From contig NC_134030.1 of NCBI RefSeq assembly GCF_964204645.1, forward strand, positions 19,490,210 through 19,554,209: a DNA stretch of 64,000 bases. Direction: 5' to 3'. The position numbers and the translations under genes were made by a program. This DNA comes from Tubulanus polymorphus. Its lineage: Eukaryota > Animalia > Nemertea. The notes beneath the pieces were generated by a model. The model saw only the letters and a list, made by a program, of their open reading frames with translations. It had not been told where the DNA came from and did no database searches. Below are positions 1 to 12,864 of the stretch, piece after piece; the stretch's first letter is position 1; each line of letters opens with the position of its first letter.

Positions 1-56
1 ACCAAATATACGATTTATTCACTTTTCCACCCATATCGGTACTGCAATGTAGAAAA

Positions 57-530
57 ATCGAACGCGGTGACATAATAGCGACACCTGGCGGATCTCCGCT
101 TGCCATACGTGGAATCCTTGATTGCCACAGAAGCGGTGTGGGTAGCCCGTTATCAGGCATGCATTCCCGAGAGCTTTGAAATATAAAAAAAAACGTTAGT
201 CATTGCGCCAGATGGCGTGGCGAGCACTCAGTCTCATGTTGTCCGATTTATTTTATGTTTAATGATCTTTGAACTGAACTTTGAGTCATCGATATCTTCA
301 TTATCAAAGGACCCGCCAAATACACGTTAAATTATTTTGCTACTCAGTAATTAGTAAGAGTTTTCACCAGTAAATTGAATTTTTCGAGAGAAAATGTCAC
401 TTCCGTTTTTAACGGAAACGTAAAATGAAATCGAACGCGGAAGACCGAGTAACTACTAGCGACGTCTGGTGGATCCAAACCAGCCATAAGAGGAATCCTC
501 GAATGCCACAGTAGCGTTGGCAGCCCCGTT
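57..530. repeat. Dispersed repeat (AATCGAACGCGG...CTAGCGA..CTGGCGGATCC..GCCATA), two tandem units here
   Basis: Same motif at 57-150 and 430-530. Related copies at ~2620-2660 (reverse), 43690-43770 and 56330-56600. Confidence 0.55.
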
Positions 531-1489
531 TTTCAGTGAGGAGCTTAACAGTAGAAGTGTTGACGAATCCCCGCCGCAAGAGCACAAGCGACCGCTCATT
601 ACAAAGTCATCGCGTCCGTTACGAAAATCATATCGACTCCGAGACAAAACGTATTAGCGATTCGTCCCCGCCATCCAGGGCAGCGTCCGCGCTGACGCTT
701 TTAGAAACGAAGGTCTTCTCCAATCTAGCTATCGACCGCGGCACTTAGTAATCCGCATGTCTGCCAGATTACGACCTGTTCGGTAGCGACTTTCCACCTT
801 CCTGTTATCATTATGAATATACGGCGCATTATTGATCACATCCAGCGACGCTATTGTTATTTATGAATTCGGATATATCCGAAAATTCGCCGAGTCTCGA
901 GTCTATCTAATCCGCATTCGAATTTTTCAATAATTTGTGTAGTTGAGTTGCGGCGATTTTATGGTTCGAATTACGTCGTAGATTTCAATGGAAAAACATC
1001 TTCAGATAGTTTTATCGATGCAAATAGTAAAAATTGGTTTTCTAACGAGACAGGTATAAATATGTATTTTCGATATCATAGATGCGAACCGTGTATAAAA
1101 CAATTCAGTCTACTTATCAAGATCCGCGCTGTACATTGCGTTCTTCGGTAAACTACTGGTTTTCTTTAAGGATTTTTAAAAAGGTGTTCACAATCAATAC
1201 AAGTGGAACTTTACCCCATATTTGGCGCCGTATCCACCGAGCGTCGAAAGCAAACGAACAATTTTGAATCCTTGAAATCGCTCGGATTTTCTTGAAATTG
1301 TTCTACGTACGTTTGAGATTCGAAGCTTGATCGGGTCATTATTTTCTGGTCCTTTTAATGCGAAATATTTATGAAATTTCCGGATATTGATAAACAAGAT
1401 TCTGAACACTAACCCCCGCTGTTGTCGCCCAAATGTTTGTTTTCATTTACGTCTTGGTTTTCAAAGACTAACCCTATTTGCTTTTTTCA

Positions 1490-1625
1490 TTCGACCTCAC
1501 GACGGGATCACGGCCTCTAAGCATTTTTCACGGATTCTAAGCATTTAGCAGGACTCGAACCCGCTTGTCACATGGCAGCGCTGATGCGCGATGCGTCACA
1601 CCTTATCCCGCTAAGCTACCGAAAC
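1490..1625 (-). mobile_element. tRNA-derived SINE (family 1)
   Basis: Reverse strand reads GGTAGCTTAGCGGGATAAGG (A-box-like)...GGGTTCGAGTCC (B box)...GATCCCGTCGTGAGG. Same family at ~14780-14870, 31260-31365, 39545-39630, 52848-53420 and 55630-55690. Confidence 0.7.
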
Positions 1626-4600
1626 AATGCGCGCTCTCGACTGGTGTTAATCGCGCGGAGGATCGAGGGATTGTATCCAAACTGAAAATTAGGAATTTCG
1701 AAATTCAATCCGCCAAAGAATGACCTTCGCGGATGTTGTTTACATCAAGTTCGGAGCTTAACCCACGCAAGGTCATCGAATAAACGACGATTAAAACTGA
1801 CTCAAAATAAAAACAGCAAATATAGGTCGACAAATAGGTCGACAACTTTTTTCCCAAATTTGAAATGATTTCTAATCGGATGAAAGTTAAACCGCGTAAC
1901 GGGAAGGTAACGAATTTCGACGTAATTCGCTTTATGAATATTTCACACAGTTTCACGGAAGCCATTCAGTTATAGGTTTAACGTGGTCTCTGTAAGCCGA
2001 TTATGTGGCGGATATAATATACGTTGTACGAGACGCTCACTCGCGAGTCGGTTTTTGTTCTTGGTAAAAGGTTTCAACGCCACCACTCGCTATTGTCAGC
2101 CGAGTTTTAGATGAAATCGTATAAATATATATATGACGTTCCGAACGTATCATATTCAGATATTTCCAGACGCAAATGTCAACGATTGCTTGGTTATATC
2201 CCCCCCCCCCCAAAAAAAAAAAAAATTGTCTAGTTAAAAAAAACGTGATGGTTCTTTCGGAAAAGTAGCGACAACAATTTCTTTTTCGGTCGGTAAAAAA
2301 ATTGACAAAACTTTTCGCAAGCACAACGCCGCGCCGATTGGTCTTTGCTGAATACATGACATATCCGATTCAGTTCCTGAGAACGGCTCAGTCAAAAATT
2401 GCAGCACCGCAGAGGCACCACATAAGGGTCTATCGGACTATCTCGGGAAATCTTGAAATAATATCAACGCCCCAAATGCAATGAGAGCGTTTGTCGGTGC
2501 ACGTAAAGAAATGTAGGTACTCAATTTATGCTTAAGTTTCGTTAAGTTTAAGAGTTCCGAGACCCCGAGGAATTTGGCATCTCTACGAGGACTCTACGTT
2601 TGAGAGTGGCAATCGAGGATTTCGCTTATGGCAGGTGAGGATCCACCAAGCGTCGCTAGTGTTTATTCAGACGAAAACTCCCGGATTTCGTCTTTTCGGG
2701 TTCAATTAAAATCTATCCGCAATTTCTTAAATTTTGAGAATCAAACGGTGAACAAGCGAAGTACTATGAATCCAAACGGTCAAACAGTTTATCAAGACGA
2801 GTGATTTACCTAATTTCTGATGAGGGAGGCTAAAAATGTAGATGGAAATAAGATGAAAATTAACTAGATTTTGACGGGTTGTCTCAGCGATACGCACGCC
2901 ATCTAGCGGGAAAGCTGGCGGCACGGGGTCCTCATTGCCCTGACGCTGAAACCGAATTGCAACTCAATATTGATATATAAGAAGAAAAGTTCACAGATTT
3001 TCAAACGTGGCTCCTGCTAGTTGCTAAATACACTCAGCACCTGCTGTGCGCGAGGTGTCTTTTTTTCGGTAATCGATTTTAAGAAAAGTTGATTCGAAAC
3101 GTAGGATACGACGAAACACGTGGAGCGCAGCTGCTGCAATCCCACGCAATACTCACTTGCCACAGCTACGCGTGATGCCATCCTATTCACAAAACTAAAT
3201 AGGTATTTTGTTATAGCGACAATCGTAGAATCGCAACTCTCAATTTTACTCACAAGTAGTTTTTTATTTTAAATTGAGTGACCCTCATCAGGCTCCAGGT
3301 AGCGCTGAGGTAGATATTGCCAGTCATGCCGTCACCGCACACCAGATGGCATTGACCAATTACGTATTTAAATTTTTTCTAAATCCAATTTTAAACTGGC
3401 TAAATTTATCAAATTAGGTCTAGATGTAATAGATCCACCCGGTAGTGTGTGTAAATAGTATGTTGTAAATAACGTTTGTTATGTTTTGAAATACTTTTTC
3501 CCTGTTTTTGTAAATAATAGTGAATACTGTTTTACCATGGAAATGGTTGGAGTGTAATAAATATTCGTATTCGTTTTCGTATTTGTAAAATCGGTTAAAA
3601 CATTTTGAACTCTTTCGGCAATATTGACATTCAAAATAATACTACAATTTGCTATGTTTATAGATCCATCTAATAGCCAGTATATCGTATATAGTGTATG
3701 TTAGTAACGTTGTTATTTGTAAGACAAGTTTAGATTTTCATTTTCTGTTGATTGTAAATTTATATACTTTAATAAAATATGGAATTGGTGACGAGTTTGA
3801 CACAATTTAATTCATACCGCCGAGTACGATTTAGACAGGACCTGGTATAGGTTTCTCTCCAAACATAGATTTAGTCCGCCGCAAACCTGATTCGCTCTTT
3901 TAGGTCAGTCTAAATAGGTGCGTTGACGCAATATTAATTAGATAGGTCTAAATTTGGTCCAATTTGGACCAGACACAATATATAAGCTTTCAGCTTGGAT
4001 AATTGACCCCTAAAACTTAGGTAACCCTAAAATTCCCTAAAAAAACCTTAAATTATGGAAAGTCCAATCTGTAGGAATCCAGAGGTAACACTATAAATCA
4101 TAGTCTTCCCTCCGTGTACCATAGAAAGGGTTGGAATGTTAATAGAATCCCAAGCCTAATCCAAACTAGCGAGATACTTCGCTCAAGAGAATAAGACAAT
4201 GAAAAAACTATTGAAAATTTCACATCAGCGCCATCTATTGAGCGTGAATGTAGAAAATACCACTGAAAGTGCCACCTGGTAGGTGATTAACGCATCAGGC
4301 GTCTAACTCCTTCCTCGTGTGTATCGTCGTGGGCGTGTTGATTATCACGCATGAAAAACGCCGTGATTGTTATTCTGCCTTGTAATTTGGCGCAGACACG
4401 AGACAATCAAAAATCATAACTAGTAATTGCAGCGTCTTCTGATGTCTACTACGACAGCTTGTGTAAAACGTTATTTGCAGAAAGAAACCTGAAGAAAAAC
4501 CTATTATCACGATTTCCTGAGAATTTGATTCTGGATCCAGTTCCACCGTTAACCGAGTCTAATACGACTGTGGCATCCGAGCTTGTCAAAGGTCCGGTAT

Positions 4601-4912
4601 CGCTCCCGAACTCGCTTCCACCAGCCCCCTGGCCTCACGAAGCGTGGTTTCATTACTGGCGCTGTTGCGCATGACGTCATATATCAACACGCGACAATAC
4701 TTCCGCATTCGCTACGTGTTCGCTGATTGGTCCATTTACCGGGAAATTCCATAGATGCCTAATGTCGTTTGTAACAAGCTTTGTGATTGCCCCGACCTGA
4801 TTCTGGTCGGCTGGTAACGACTCCAACGACTCGTGAGGTCAAGGGGTTCGGGGAACGGCTTTAGCAGAGTGGGTTCGAATCCCTTGACGGGTGAAGATAC
4901 GACTGTGGTGAC

Positions 4913-5372
4913 ATTTCCACAGTTGTGTGTGGATTTCAACCCAGTTCCACAGCTGTGTGAGTAATATTTTGCTCAGCGCCGAGTGGTTTTAATTTGAGTG
5001 TAAACCCAGTTCCACAGTTGTCTTGTTTTAATTTCACTGTGAACCCAGTTCCACAGTTGTCTTGTTTTAATTCGACTCTGAACCCAGTTCCACAGTTGTC
5101 TTGTTTTAATTCGACTCTGAACCCAGTTCCACAGTTGTCTTGTTTTAATTCGACTCTGAACCCAGTTCCACAGTTGTCTTGTTTTAATTCGACTCTGAAC
5201 CCAGTTCCACAGTTTCGTGGGTACAATTTCAATATGGACCCAGTTCCACAGTTTCGTGGGTACAATTTCAATATGAACCCAGTTCCACAGTTATGGAGCG
5301 TTTAATTTTGGCTCAGCGCCCAGTTCCACAATTGCGTGGTTTAATTTGAATGTGAACCCAGTTCCACTGTGG
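4913..5372 (+). repeat. 39-bp minisatellite (AACCCAGTTCCACAGTTGTCTTGTTTTAATTCGACTCTG), ~11 units
   Basis: Directly visible tandem units. Produces the 13-aa periodic ORFs 4936..5271 and 4994..5305. Confidence 0.95.
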
Positions 5373-5889
5373 TGCGGGCTTAACTAAAATAGACTCTGAG
5401 AACCAACCCCACTAGGTTTATCTGACCCCTTGTATCCTAGTAATATGTACACGCGCAAGTCGGCCTCAGTTCCCGGAAAGTTTGCGTAGTACTATTAACA
5501 TAACAGTACACAGGTAACCACTTATTAAGCACGATCATTAATCAAAGTACCCGGTAGATGCGCCGCGAGCCGAGCGCCGAGCACCGCCAGTTTATTTCCT
5601 GAATTCTGTATCAAATATCAATATCATCAGTGGCTATCAGTAAGGTGCGTGGATGGAACTGCCGCGACACTCCCTGACGATATGAGTCAGGTCACCTCGG
5701 ACATTATGCGTTTAATTTCGAGTATTTTTCGAAATGGGTTTCGGCTAATTTGGTTCCATTTCGAATTCTATTTGCTCGTAACGGTCATAACTGGTCGAAA
5801 ATGCCAATATTTGTTCATTTGGGTGCTTGGAAACCGGTTTTGAACTGTTAATTTGGTCAAATTGAAGACGTGATGAGAAGGGGTTGAAC

Positions 5890-6553
5890 TAAAAATTAAA
5901 CGCCTACTCAACTGGATTTAGAGACAAATTTAACCCATGCAAATGTGGACCTGGATTCAGAGTCACATAAAACCCACAAAACTGTGGAACTGGATTCAGA
6001 GTCACATAAAACCCACAAAACTGTGGAACTGGATTCAGAGACGAACTAAACCATTAACACAACTGTGGAACTGGATTCAGAATCAAATTAAACCCACACA
6101 ACTGTGGAACTGGTTTCAGAGTCACATAAAACCCACAAAACTGTGGAACTGGATTCAGAGACAAACTAAACCATTAACACAACTGTGGAACTGGATTCAA
6201 AATCAAATTAAACCCACAAAACTGTGGAACTGGATTCAGAGACAAACTAAACCATTAACACAACTGTGGAACTGGATTCAAAATCAAAATTAAACCCACG
6301 CAACTGTGGAACTGGTTTCAGAGTCACATAAAACCCACAAAACTGTGGAACTGGATTCAGAGACAAACTAAACCATTAACACAACTGTGGAACTGGATTC
6401 AAAATCAAATTAAACCCACACAACTGTGGAACTGGTTTCAGAGTCACGTAAAACCCACAAAACTGTGGAACTGGATTCAGAGACAAATTAAACCATTAAC
6501 ACAGTGTGGATCTGGATTTAGAGTTATATTAAACCTACACAACTGTGGAACTA
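5890..6553 (-). repeat. 39-42-bp minisatellite, reverse-complement relative of the 4913-5372 array, ~16 units with alternating variants
   Basis: Units start ACTGTGGAACTGGATTCAGAGTC, the reverse complement of GACTCTGAA(T/C)CCAGTTCCACAGT. Three spacer variants recur. Confidence 0.95.
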
Positions 6554-7435
6554 GATATACGCAGAGCCAAATGAAAAATGAAAGGGATATTTTGGCTTGA
6601 AAAGTCAGTATTTGCCTTTTTCTTTATTTCTAAAAAGCCGATTTACACTTCAAACGTCATTTCAAACGAAACTCGATGATTGGCCACAATCCACCGACCG
6701 ATCAACCGTCAAACAATTCAAATAACCAGGTCAATCGGTTGTTTTCGGTACTTTCCAGAAACGATCGCGTTCGGGATTGTCGGAAATCATCGGCGAAACG
6801 CCCGAGGAACCGACGGAAAGAAACGCCTTTCAGTCCGACAAAAACGGAACAGTCGCGCACCGGAAGTACGCTTGAAGTGCCTCGTTATGGAAACTGATAA
6901 ACGGATACTTTACATCAAAGATCGCTGCGGTATGTTTTGTGCGCGCCGTCGGAAGACGCACCGGCCCAGTCCTCGAATTACCGCCGTCTAAAGGAAAATA
7001 GCTATTCATTTACTCGACGTTTCCCAAGTAAGCGCTTTCAAAACGCAAACACCGAGGAGCCTTCAAACGCCTAATAGACCGTTCCTCTGTTCAGAACTGT
7101 GGAGCGTACGTTTTGACGGGTTATCAATAGCTCAACGGGTTTCACACTCGCAAAATGCCGAACGTGGAATAAAGTAATGAGGATATCGTTTCCGTTTTTT
7201 TTTCTTCTCATTTTTGTCGGCCTTTTCAATGCATCTACAATAATTAACTTGCCGTAAAGCCGGTGACGGCTACAATTTGTAAAAGGCCTATGTAAGTTAA
7301 ACTTGCTACGATTCGGTGAAATTATGATTAGAAATGTCTCGTTGACGATCACTACTTGAATTACCGCGTTGAAAAATACCGCGTGGGGACAAATAATTTC
7401 GGGAAATTAGGAATTTTGCTGTGTAGTTGACCAGG

Positions 7436-8167
7436 GTGGTTTGATTTTTACCAGAGAATGAAATGTTAAAATCATCGATGGTTTGATTTTCACCTGTGAT
7501 CGAAATCTTAAAATCATCCGTGGTTTGATTTTCACCTGTGATCGAAATCTTAAAATCATCCGTTGTTTGATTTTCACCTGTGATCGAAATCTAAAAATCA
7601 TCAATGGTTTGATTTTCACCTGGGATTAAAATCTAAAAATCATCAATGGTTTGATTTTCACCTGTGATTGAAATCTAAAAATCATCAATGGTTTGATTTT
7701 CGCCTGGGATTAAAATCTAAAAATCATCAGTTGTTTGATTTTCACCTGTGATCGAAATCTTAAAATCATCCGTGGTTTGATTTTCACCTGGGATTAAAAT
7801 CTAAAAATCATCAGTTGTTTGATTTTCACCTGTGATTGAAATGTTAAAATCATCCGTGGTTTGATTTTCACCTGGGATTAAAATCTAAAAATCATCAGTT
7901 GTTTGATTTTCACCTGTGATCGAAATCTTAAAATCATCCGTGGTTTGATTTTCACCTGTGATTAAAATCTTAAAATCATCCGTGGTTTGATTTTCACCTG
8001 GGATTAAAATCTAAAAATCATCGATGGTTTGATTTTCACCTGGGATTAAAATCTTAAAATCATCCGTGGTTTGATTTTCACCTGGGATTAAAATCTTAAA
8101 ATCATCATCGGTGGTTTGATTTTGACCTGTGTGACTGAAATCTCAAAATCATCGATGGCTTGATTTC
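7436..8167 (+). repeat. 42-bp minisatellite (GGTTTGATTTTCACCTGTGATCGAAATCTTAAAATCATCCGT), ~17 units
   Basis: Directly visible tandem units. 14-aa periodicity in ORF 7407..7619. Confidence 0.95.
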
Positions 8168-9830
8168 CATCGATTCCCAATTCACACGTAGATCTACCGG
8201 CGATAACTTTTCATCAAGTTGTGCCGATATAATAATTTCTATGTGCCTGAATATCTGGTGTCCATAGATCAATTTCGATGAAATTATGTCTCACGTGAGT
8301 TCTCCGAACTCTATCTCGAAGATAATATCTTTCGTTTGAGTTGTGACGCTAGGGTAAAGGTTATTCGTATTAACAGTTTAGTGCTAATTAGTTGGAATAC
8401 TTGTTAATCATTCATGGTTTAGACTCTCGGAGGATGCGATCCTTCAGCCGATGCCGACCACGCAGACGGTTTCGACGTCGAGACGCGGCTAGAAATCGAG
8501 AATCATCGCACTTCGGTGGCGTTTTCAACAAAGATTTCGAAACGGTTTCGACGAAAAAGTCTCGCCTAGAAATCCAATTTGAAAAATAATTTCGCAACGG
8601 CGCGCCCGAGAAAATAACTCTGTTTCAAGATTTTTTCTATAAAGTTAGAATTCGGGATTGACAAATTCTGGGGAAAGATTGGCTCATTTTCATGCTCGAA
8701 TTCGAGTCCCGCATTCAGGTTTGTCTATAGGACTTACTTATTGAAAATAAACTTTTTTTTATACATAATTCATAAAGGCATAATTCGGAATAATCGTGAA
8801 CAGTTAAATCGATATGACGAATTTCTCATTATCGAAGACTTCAGCGATTCTATGAAATTATGATTAGTAACCCGAGCTTATTTTCACACTTTTAAGAAGG
8901 TATCGCGTATCTAAGCTAAGCGATTTACATCGTTGAAATTCAGTCGTTCCCCGAATATTGTCATATATTAAAGCTAAATGCATTTTACATAAAATGAGAC
9001 ACATTTAAAAAAAAAGATGCTACAACCCTCATCCGTATATTTAGTACACATGAAATCACCGATTTGCTCTTAGAAGAAACTAATGGAAATAAGTTCGTTG
9101 AAAAATAAAATTTTTCAGTTTTAATTCAAATGATTTTAAGTAAACCTATACACTGATATAACTAGGCAGAACACGTATACTTCAATGCGGGTACCGCGGA
9201 TTTTAAACCCCTCTCGGCAAATTTCATTTTGCCGTTTGTTCGATTAAGAACCGGCTGTAATCGAAATCCGGGATTAAATCCGAAATGAATTCGTTCCCAA
9301 TCGCTTTCGGAAATACAAAACCGATTCAAAGTAACATATCGGAATTAAGAAAAAAAAACTCGGAAAGTCAGGGCTGAACCCGGGATAGCTGCCGTGAAAA
9401 GTAACGTTTTTATTTTCAAATCCTACCTGTTTTTCTTTGCAGAATTTTATCCTCGACGATAACTTGTTTTCGGCGAAGTTTTATTCCTCGTAGCGAGCGC
9501 GCGAAGACGTTTGGAGATCGTTATCGATATCTGACGACAGAGCGGGAAAATGATGTCGAGTAAGAGAAGTTTTTAGTGGCGTACGCGTTGCAGGGTTGGT
9601 GGTCGAGTGACGAGTTTGCGCGGTGAGTCAACGAGCTCTCCAGGTATCGGCGATGTGGAAACGTATGAAACGCGTCGTACGAACTTGCGCGCATTCGACA
9701 TCCGTTTGCTACTATAACACGTGCGTGCTAACTCGCTTTGCTCGCGTAAGATTCAGAAGAGATATTTCTAAACGATTGAGTTTAAGGTACTTTGGTTTCC
9801 ATAGACAAGTGGCTGTCCAATATCAATATT

Positions 9831-9989
9831 AGACAAAAACCCACAATAAAAAAGAAAAACTATCTGGCAGCTTAACGTTTCAACTCAATTCTATGAGCCA
9901 TTTTCAAAAACTATTGAAAATGGCTCATAGAATTGAGTTGAAACTTTAAGCTACCAGATAGTTTTTCTTTTTATCGTGGGTTTTTGTCT
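9831..9989. mobile_element. Palindromic Penelope-like remnant with degenerate hammerhead core
   Basis: ~75-bp inverted arms. Each arm has TGAAAA-T-GGCTCA..TGAGTT-GAAAC(G/T)TT. Flanked by direct repeat AAGGTACTTTG (9784-9794, 9996-10006). Confidence 0.6.
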
Positions 9990-10805
9990 GCTATAAAGGT
10001 ACTTTGTTTTAATGTAAAATTGAAAATATATTTTCATTCAAAGAGACTTCCGCGTGATATAAATGCATCTTCATTTTTCATTATTTCATCCCTTTTCATT
10101 TGTTTTTTTTTTCTTATCATGTTTATGTCACGGTGTCTGAACATCTTCTTGAATATACAGCCTTTATCGCTCTGCTCAGCTCCTGTAGCCTTATTGTCTG
10201 TAAGCTATTTTGTTATCTATTATTTTATATTGATGGTGACAAATAAACCACTATATATACCTCGCTGATCGCTCGATCATGACTCTTCTGAACTCATTCT
10301 CCTGAACTTTATAGCTTACTCATATGAGCTCCCCTGAAATTTACGAAATTTACTAACTCTCAGTTCCTTTCCCTAAGTTTCTTCATTCTCCTTTCGTTTT
10401 TACTGGGTGCTCGCGACAGCGGGCTTTGCATGGCCCACGTAGAAAGCTACCATTATAATTGTGTTTGTTCAAAAATTGTAAATCTATTGTTTGTTTGCTT
10501 ATTCGCTCAATCTCTGTACATAGCCTGTAAAACTTTCCGTGAAATAAATTTGACATTCAATGACAACTTCAACTTGAACACTGAGAGCAACACCTTTTCA
10601 TGGGAGGGGCTTGTTGGAAATAACGTCATTATGATGATAATGATATAATAATAGTTATAATAGTATCAATAATCTATTTGTTCGAATAGCGCTATATAAG
10701 ATAATCATAGCGTATTACAATAGTAATAGATTCAAATAACCGAATAACCATAGAAGCGATAACATTAAAAACCTCATTTTCTAATGAGTAAATACAGTTT
10801 ATTAA

Positions 10806-10842
10806 CACGAACGTTTTCGGGATCATATCCCCTCATCAGGTG
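10806..10842 (-). ncRNA. Minimal type I hammerhead ribozyme (PLE-type)
   Basis: CAC-CUGAUGA-G-GGGAU-AUG-AUCCC-GAA-AACGUU-C-GUG: core boxes, stem II, palindromic stem III, stem I CAC/GUG. Confidence 0.7.
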
Positions 10843-10924
10843 AAATACAAGTGAATCAAATGATTAAACTACAGGTTTATATAACCTAACGTATAACGTA
10901 TAATCATTTGATTCACTTGTATTT

Positions 10925-10961
10925 CACCTGATGAGGGGATATGATCCCGAAAACGTTTGTG
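10925..10961 (+). ncRNA. Minimal type I hammerhead ribozyme (mirror copy)
   Basis: CAC-CTGATGA-G-GGGAT-ATG-ATCCC-GAA-AACGTT-T-GTG. Confidence 0.65.
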
Positions 10962-11078
10962 TTAATAAACTGTATTTACTCATTAGAAAATGAGGTTTTT
11001 AATGTTATCGCTTCTATGGTTATTCGGATATTTGAACTCTCTTCCTAAGATCTAGTAATAGATTCAATCATGAAATTA

Positions 11079-11356
11079 TTAAAATGTCATTTTGTAAGTA
11101 GCAAGAGACATTGTACGTGGTAAAAGCTTTTCTAAATAGATATGTTTTCGGTTTTCGTCTAAAGCGTCGACAGATGGGTATTCCCGAATACTGAACGGTA
11201 AACACTTTATAGTGCTGGAGGAGTAAACTGCCAAATGACATTTTGGAGACAGGTTTGACCAGACGTGTGAACCGAGTGCCCTTGTGGGTATATTAACTGT
11301 TAAAACCGACCTTATACTATTCAGATGCAAGATGCAGATGTTTAACCCCTCAAAAA
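11079..11356 (-). pseudogene. Degenerate PAN/Apple-domain-like exon
   Basis: Phase-1 acceptor (CCTAG) then FEGLNICIL...VNIPTRAL-G-SHV-W-SNLSPK-C-HLAVYSSSTIK-C-LPF...Y. The spacing fits PAN CxxxC-x6-C-x11-C if GGT and TGG were Cys codons (one substitution each). Possible signal-like exon MGTLLPLLVFQASSR|gtaagt at ~11810-11854, but its phase does not match. Confidence 0.4.
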
Positions 11357-12562
11357 CTAGGTGTAAAAATTTGTATTCAATTTACAAATATGGGGCGGCG
11401 TGTTAAACAGTTTTTTTACAGATAGGTTCAAAGGGAGACTTATCTCAAGAATATATTGCTTAACAACACGTTGGAATTTCACACTAGAAAAAATATCGGG
11501 CAACCTGTGAAAACAGGACAGCAGTGAAGTTGGACGATTATCTTAAAGTAATGCTTTATCTAACTAGAACTGTAATACGATCGACATATCATTGACAGTG
11601 TCGTCGTATATGGGACAGTTTATGGAGGATCTCTTATTCATTCTAGGTACTATTTTTGGGGTCCGGCTCTACGCATCTTGGAGCTACTAACCTAGTGTGA
11701 TCTCTAAGCCTCCTCGATTGGCTGAGTAGCGTCGGTAACCGCCCGTCAGTTTGCCTACTAGAAAATTAACTATTTCATGTTTATAGATAATGTATGATTT
11801 CAAACTTACGCGGCTGGATGCTTGGAAAACCAATAAAGGCAATAAAGTGCCCATTAGGAATCCAAGCACCCAGGATTATTATGCAAATTATGCCAAATCT
11901 GTCAAAATCGATTCACCAAAACACCTGATCTGGTAGGGCAGACATTTTCCAACATAAGAAAATGGTTGAGTTGATTAAAAACTTATTTCTTAGAAACCTA
12001 GATGTTTAAGCCCACGGTGTTATCATCATCGACAAGAGGCTTGCGGAATCTAATTTCCCTTTTCCAATGAGTACGAAAAAGCGAACTCAGAGAACGCCAC
12101 ATTGTCTGAAAAACATTTCAAATTTTTAATCAAAGTTATCGAAAATAAAAAACGAGAATGGTCCGAGAAAGCGGCCCGAAAACTAGTTCAGATTTCGTGA
12201 TTAAGCGACGTGGTTGAAAAAAAAGAACTTAATTACGATAAAACGTTGCATAAATGCAAGCTAAAGGTCACCTAATCTATGATCAATGATTCTCGGTTCT
12301 TGCAGATAGGTGAAGTGCGATTAATCGCCATCGCTACGAGTTTGATATTTGATATTCCAACGCGACTTAAGACACATTTTTCTGACACGTAAGCGGGTCA
12401 CACCTGAAAACTGACGTAACCACGCATTTCACCGTACGTTCGGGAAGCTGAGAAAATCCGTGCAGCCGCAGTAGCAGTAGCAGCACTGATGTTGCCGGTA
12501 CTTTTAAAATCTACACATCGCCAAATACGACCTCTTCGAAATACACTCAACCACTCCCCAAC

Positions 12563-12838
12563 TAGAACTGTAACTCAACCCACGGTGAATTTCGGTTATC
12601 TGAGTTAGTCGACTATAGTCGAACTAAACGAAACCGAATGTCAGTTAGTCGGAACTATGGTCCAGAATTGGTCGACCACACGATTGACCACGGTCGCTGT
12701 AGTTCGGATACAGTTCCAAGATGGCCGACACTGTGAAATACGTTCTGACCGAACTATACTGCGTTCGGTTATTAGTTCCGACCTCTCAAGTCGACTAGCT
12801 ACGAAAACCGAAGTTCACCCGGCTTGAATTAGTTTTCT
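12563..12838. mobile_element. Degenerate MITE-like inverted repeat
   Basis: GGTGAATTTCGGTT..AGTTAGTCGACT pairs with AGTCGACTAGCT..AACCGAAGTTCACC. Confidence 0.5.
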
Positions 12839-12864
12839 TCCGTATGTTCGACGGGAACCAGTCT

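Larger units (their letters stand above)
10731..11052. mobile_element. Palindromic (tail-to-tail) Penelope-like element remnant with target-site duplication
   Basis: ~135-bp inverted arms 10731-10866 / 10901-11035 and a short unpaired tail. 15-bp direct repeat TAGTAATAGATTCAA at 10721-10735 and 11053-11067. Hammerhead motif in each arm. Confidence 0.8.

Noticed and set aside
3270-3295. CTGATGA on - strand as a hammerhead
   Set aside because: No stem II closed by GAAA. The same applies to the motif near 57570.
4913-6553. CRISPR-like look (constant ~20-nt core with variable ~20-nt intervals)
   Set aside because: Intervals are recurring variants of one unit, not unique spacers. No cas genes; eukaryotic context.
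4936-7619. Periodic ORFs (4936..5271, 4994..5305, 5937..6293, 7407..7619) as repeat proteins
   Set aside because: By-products of 39/42-bp minisatellites. Frames break within the arrays; no splice or start context.
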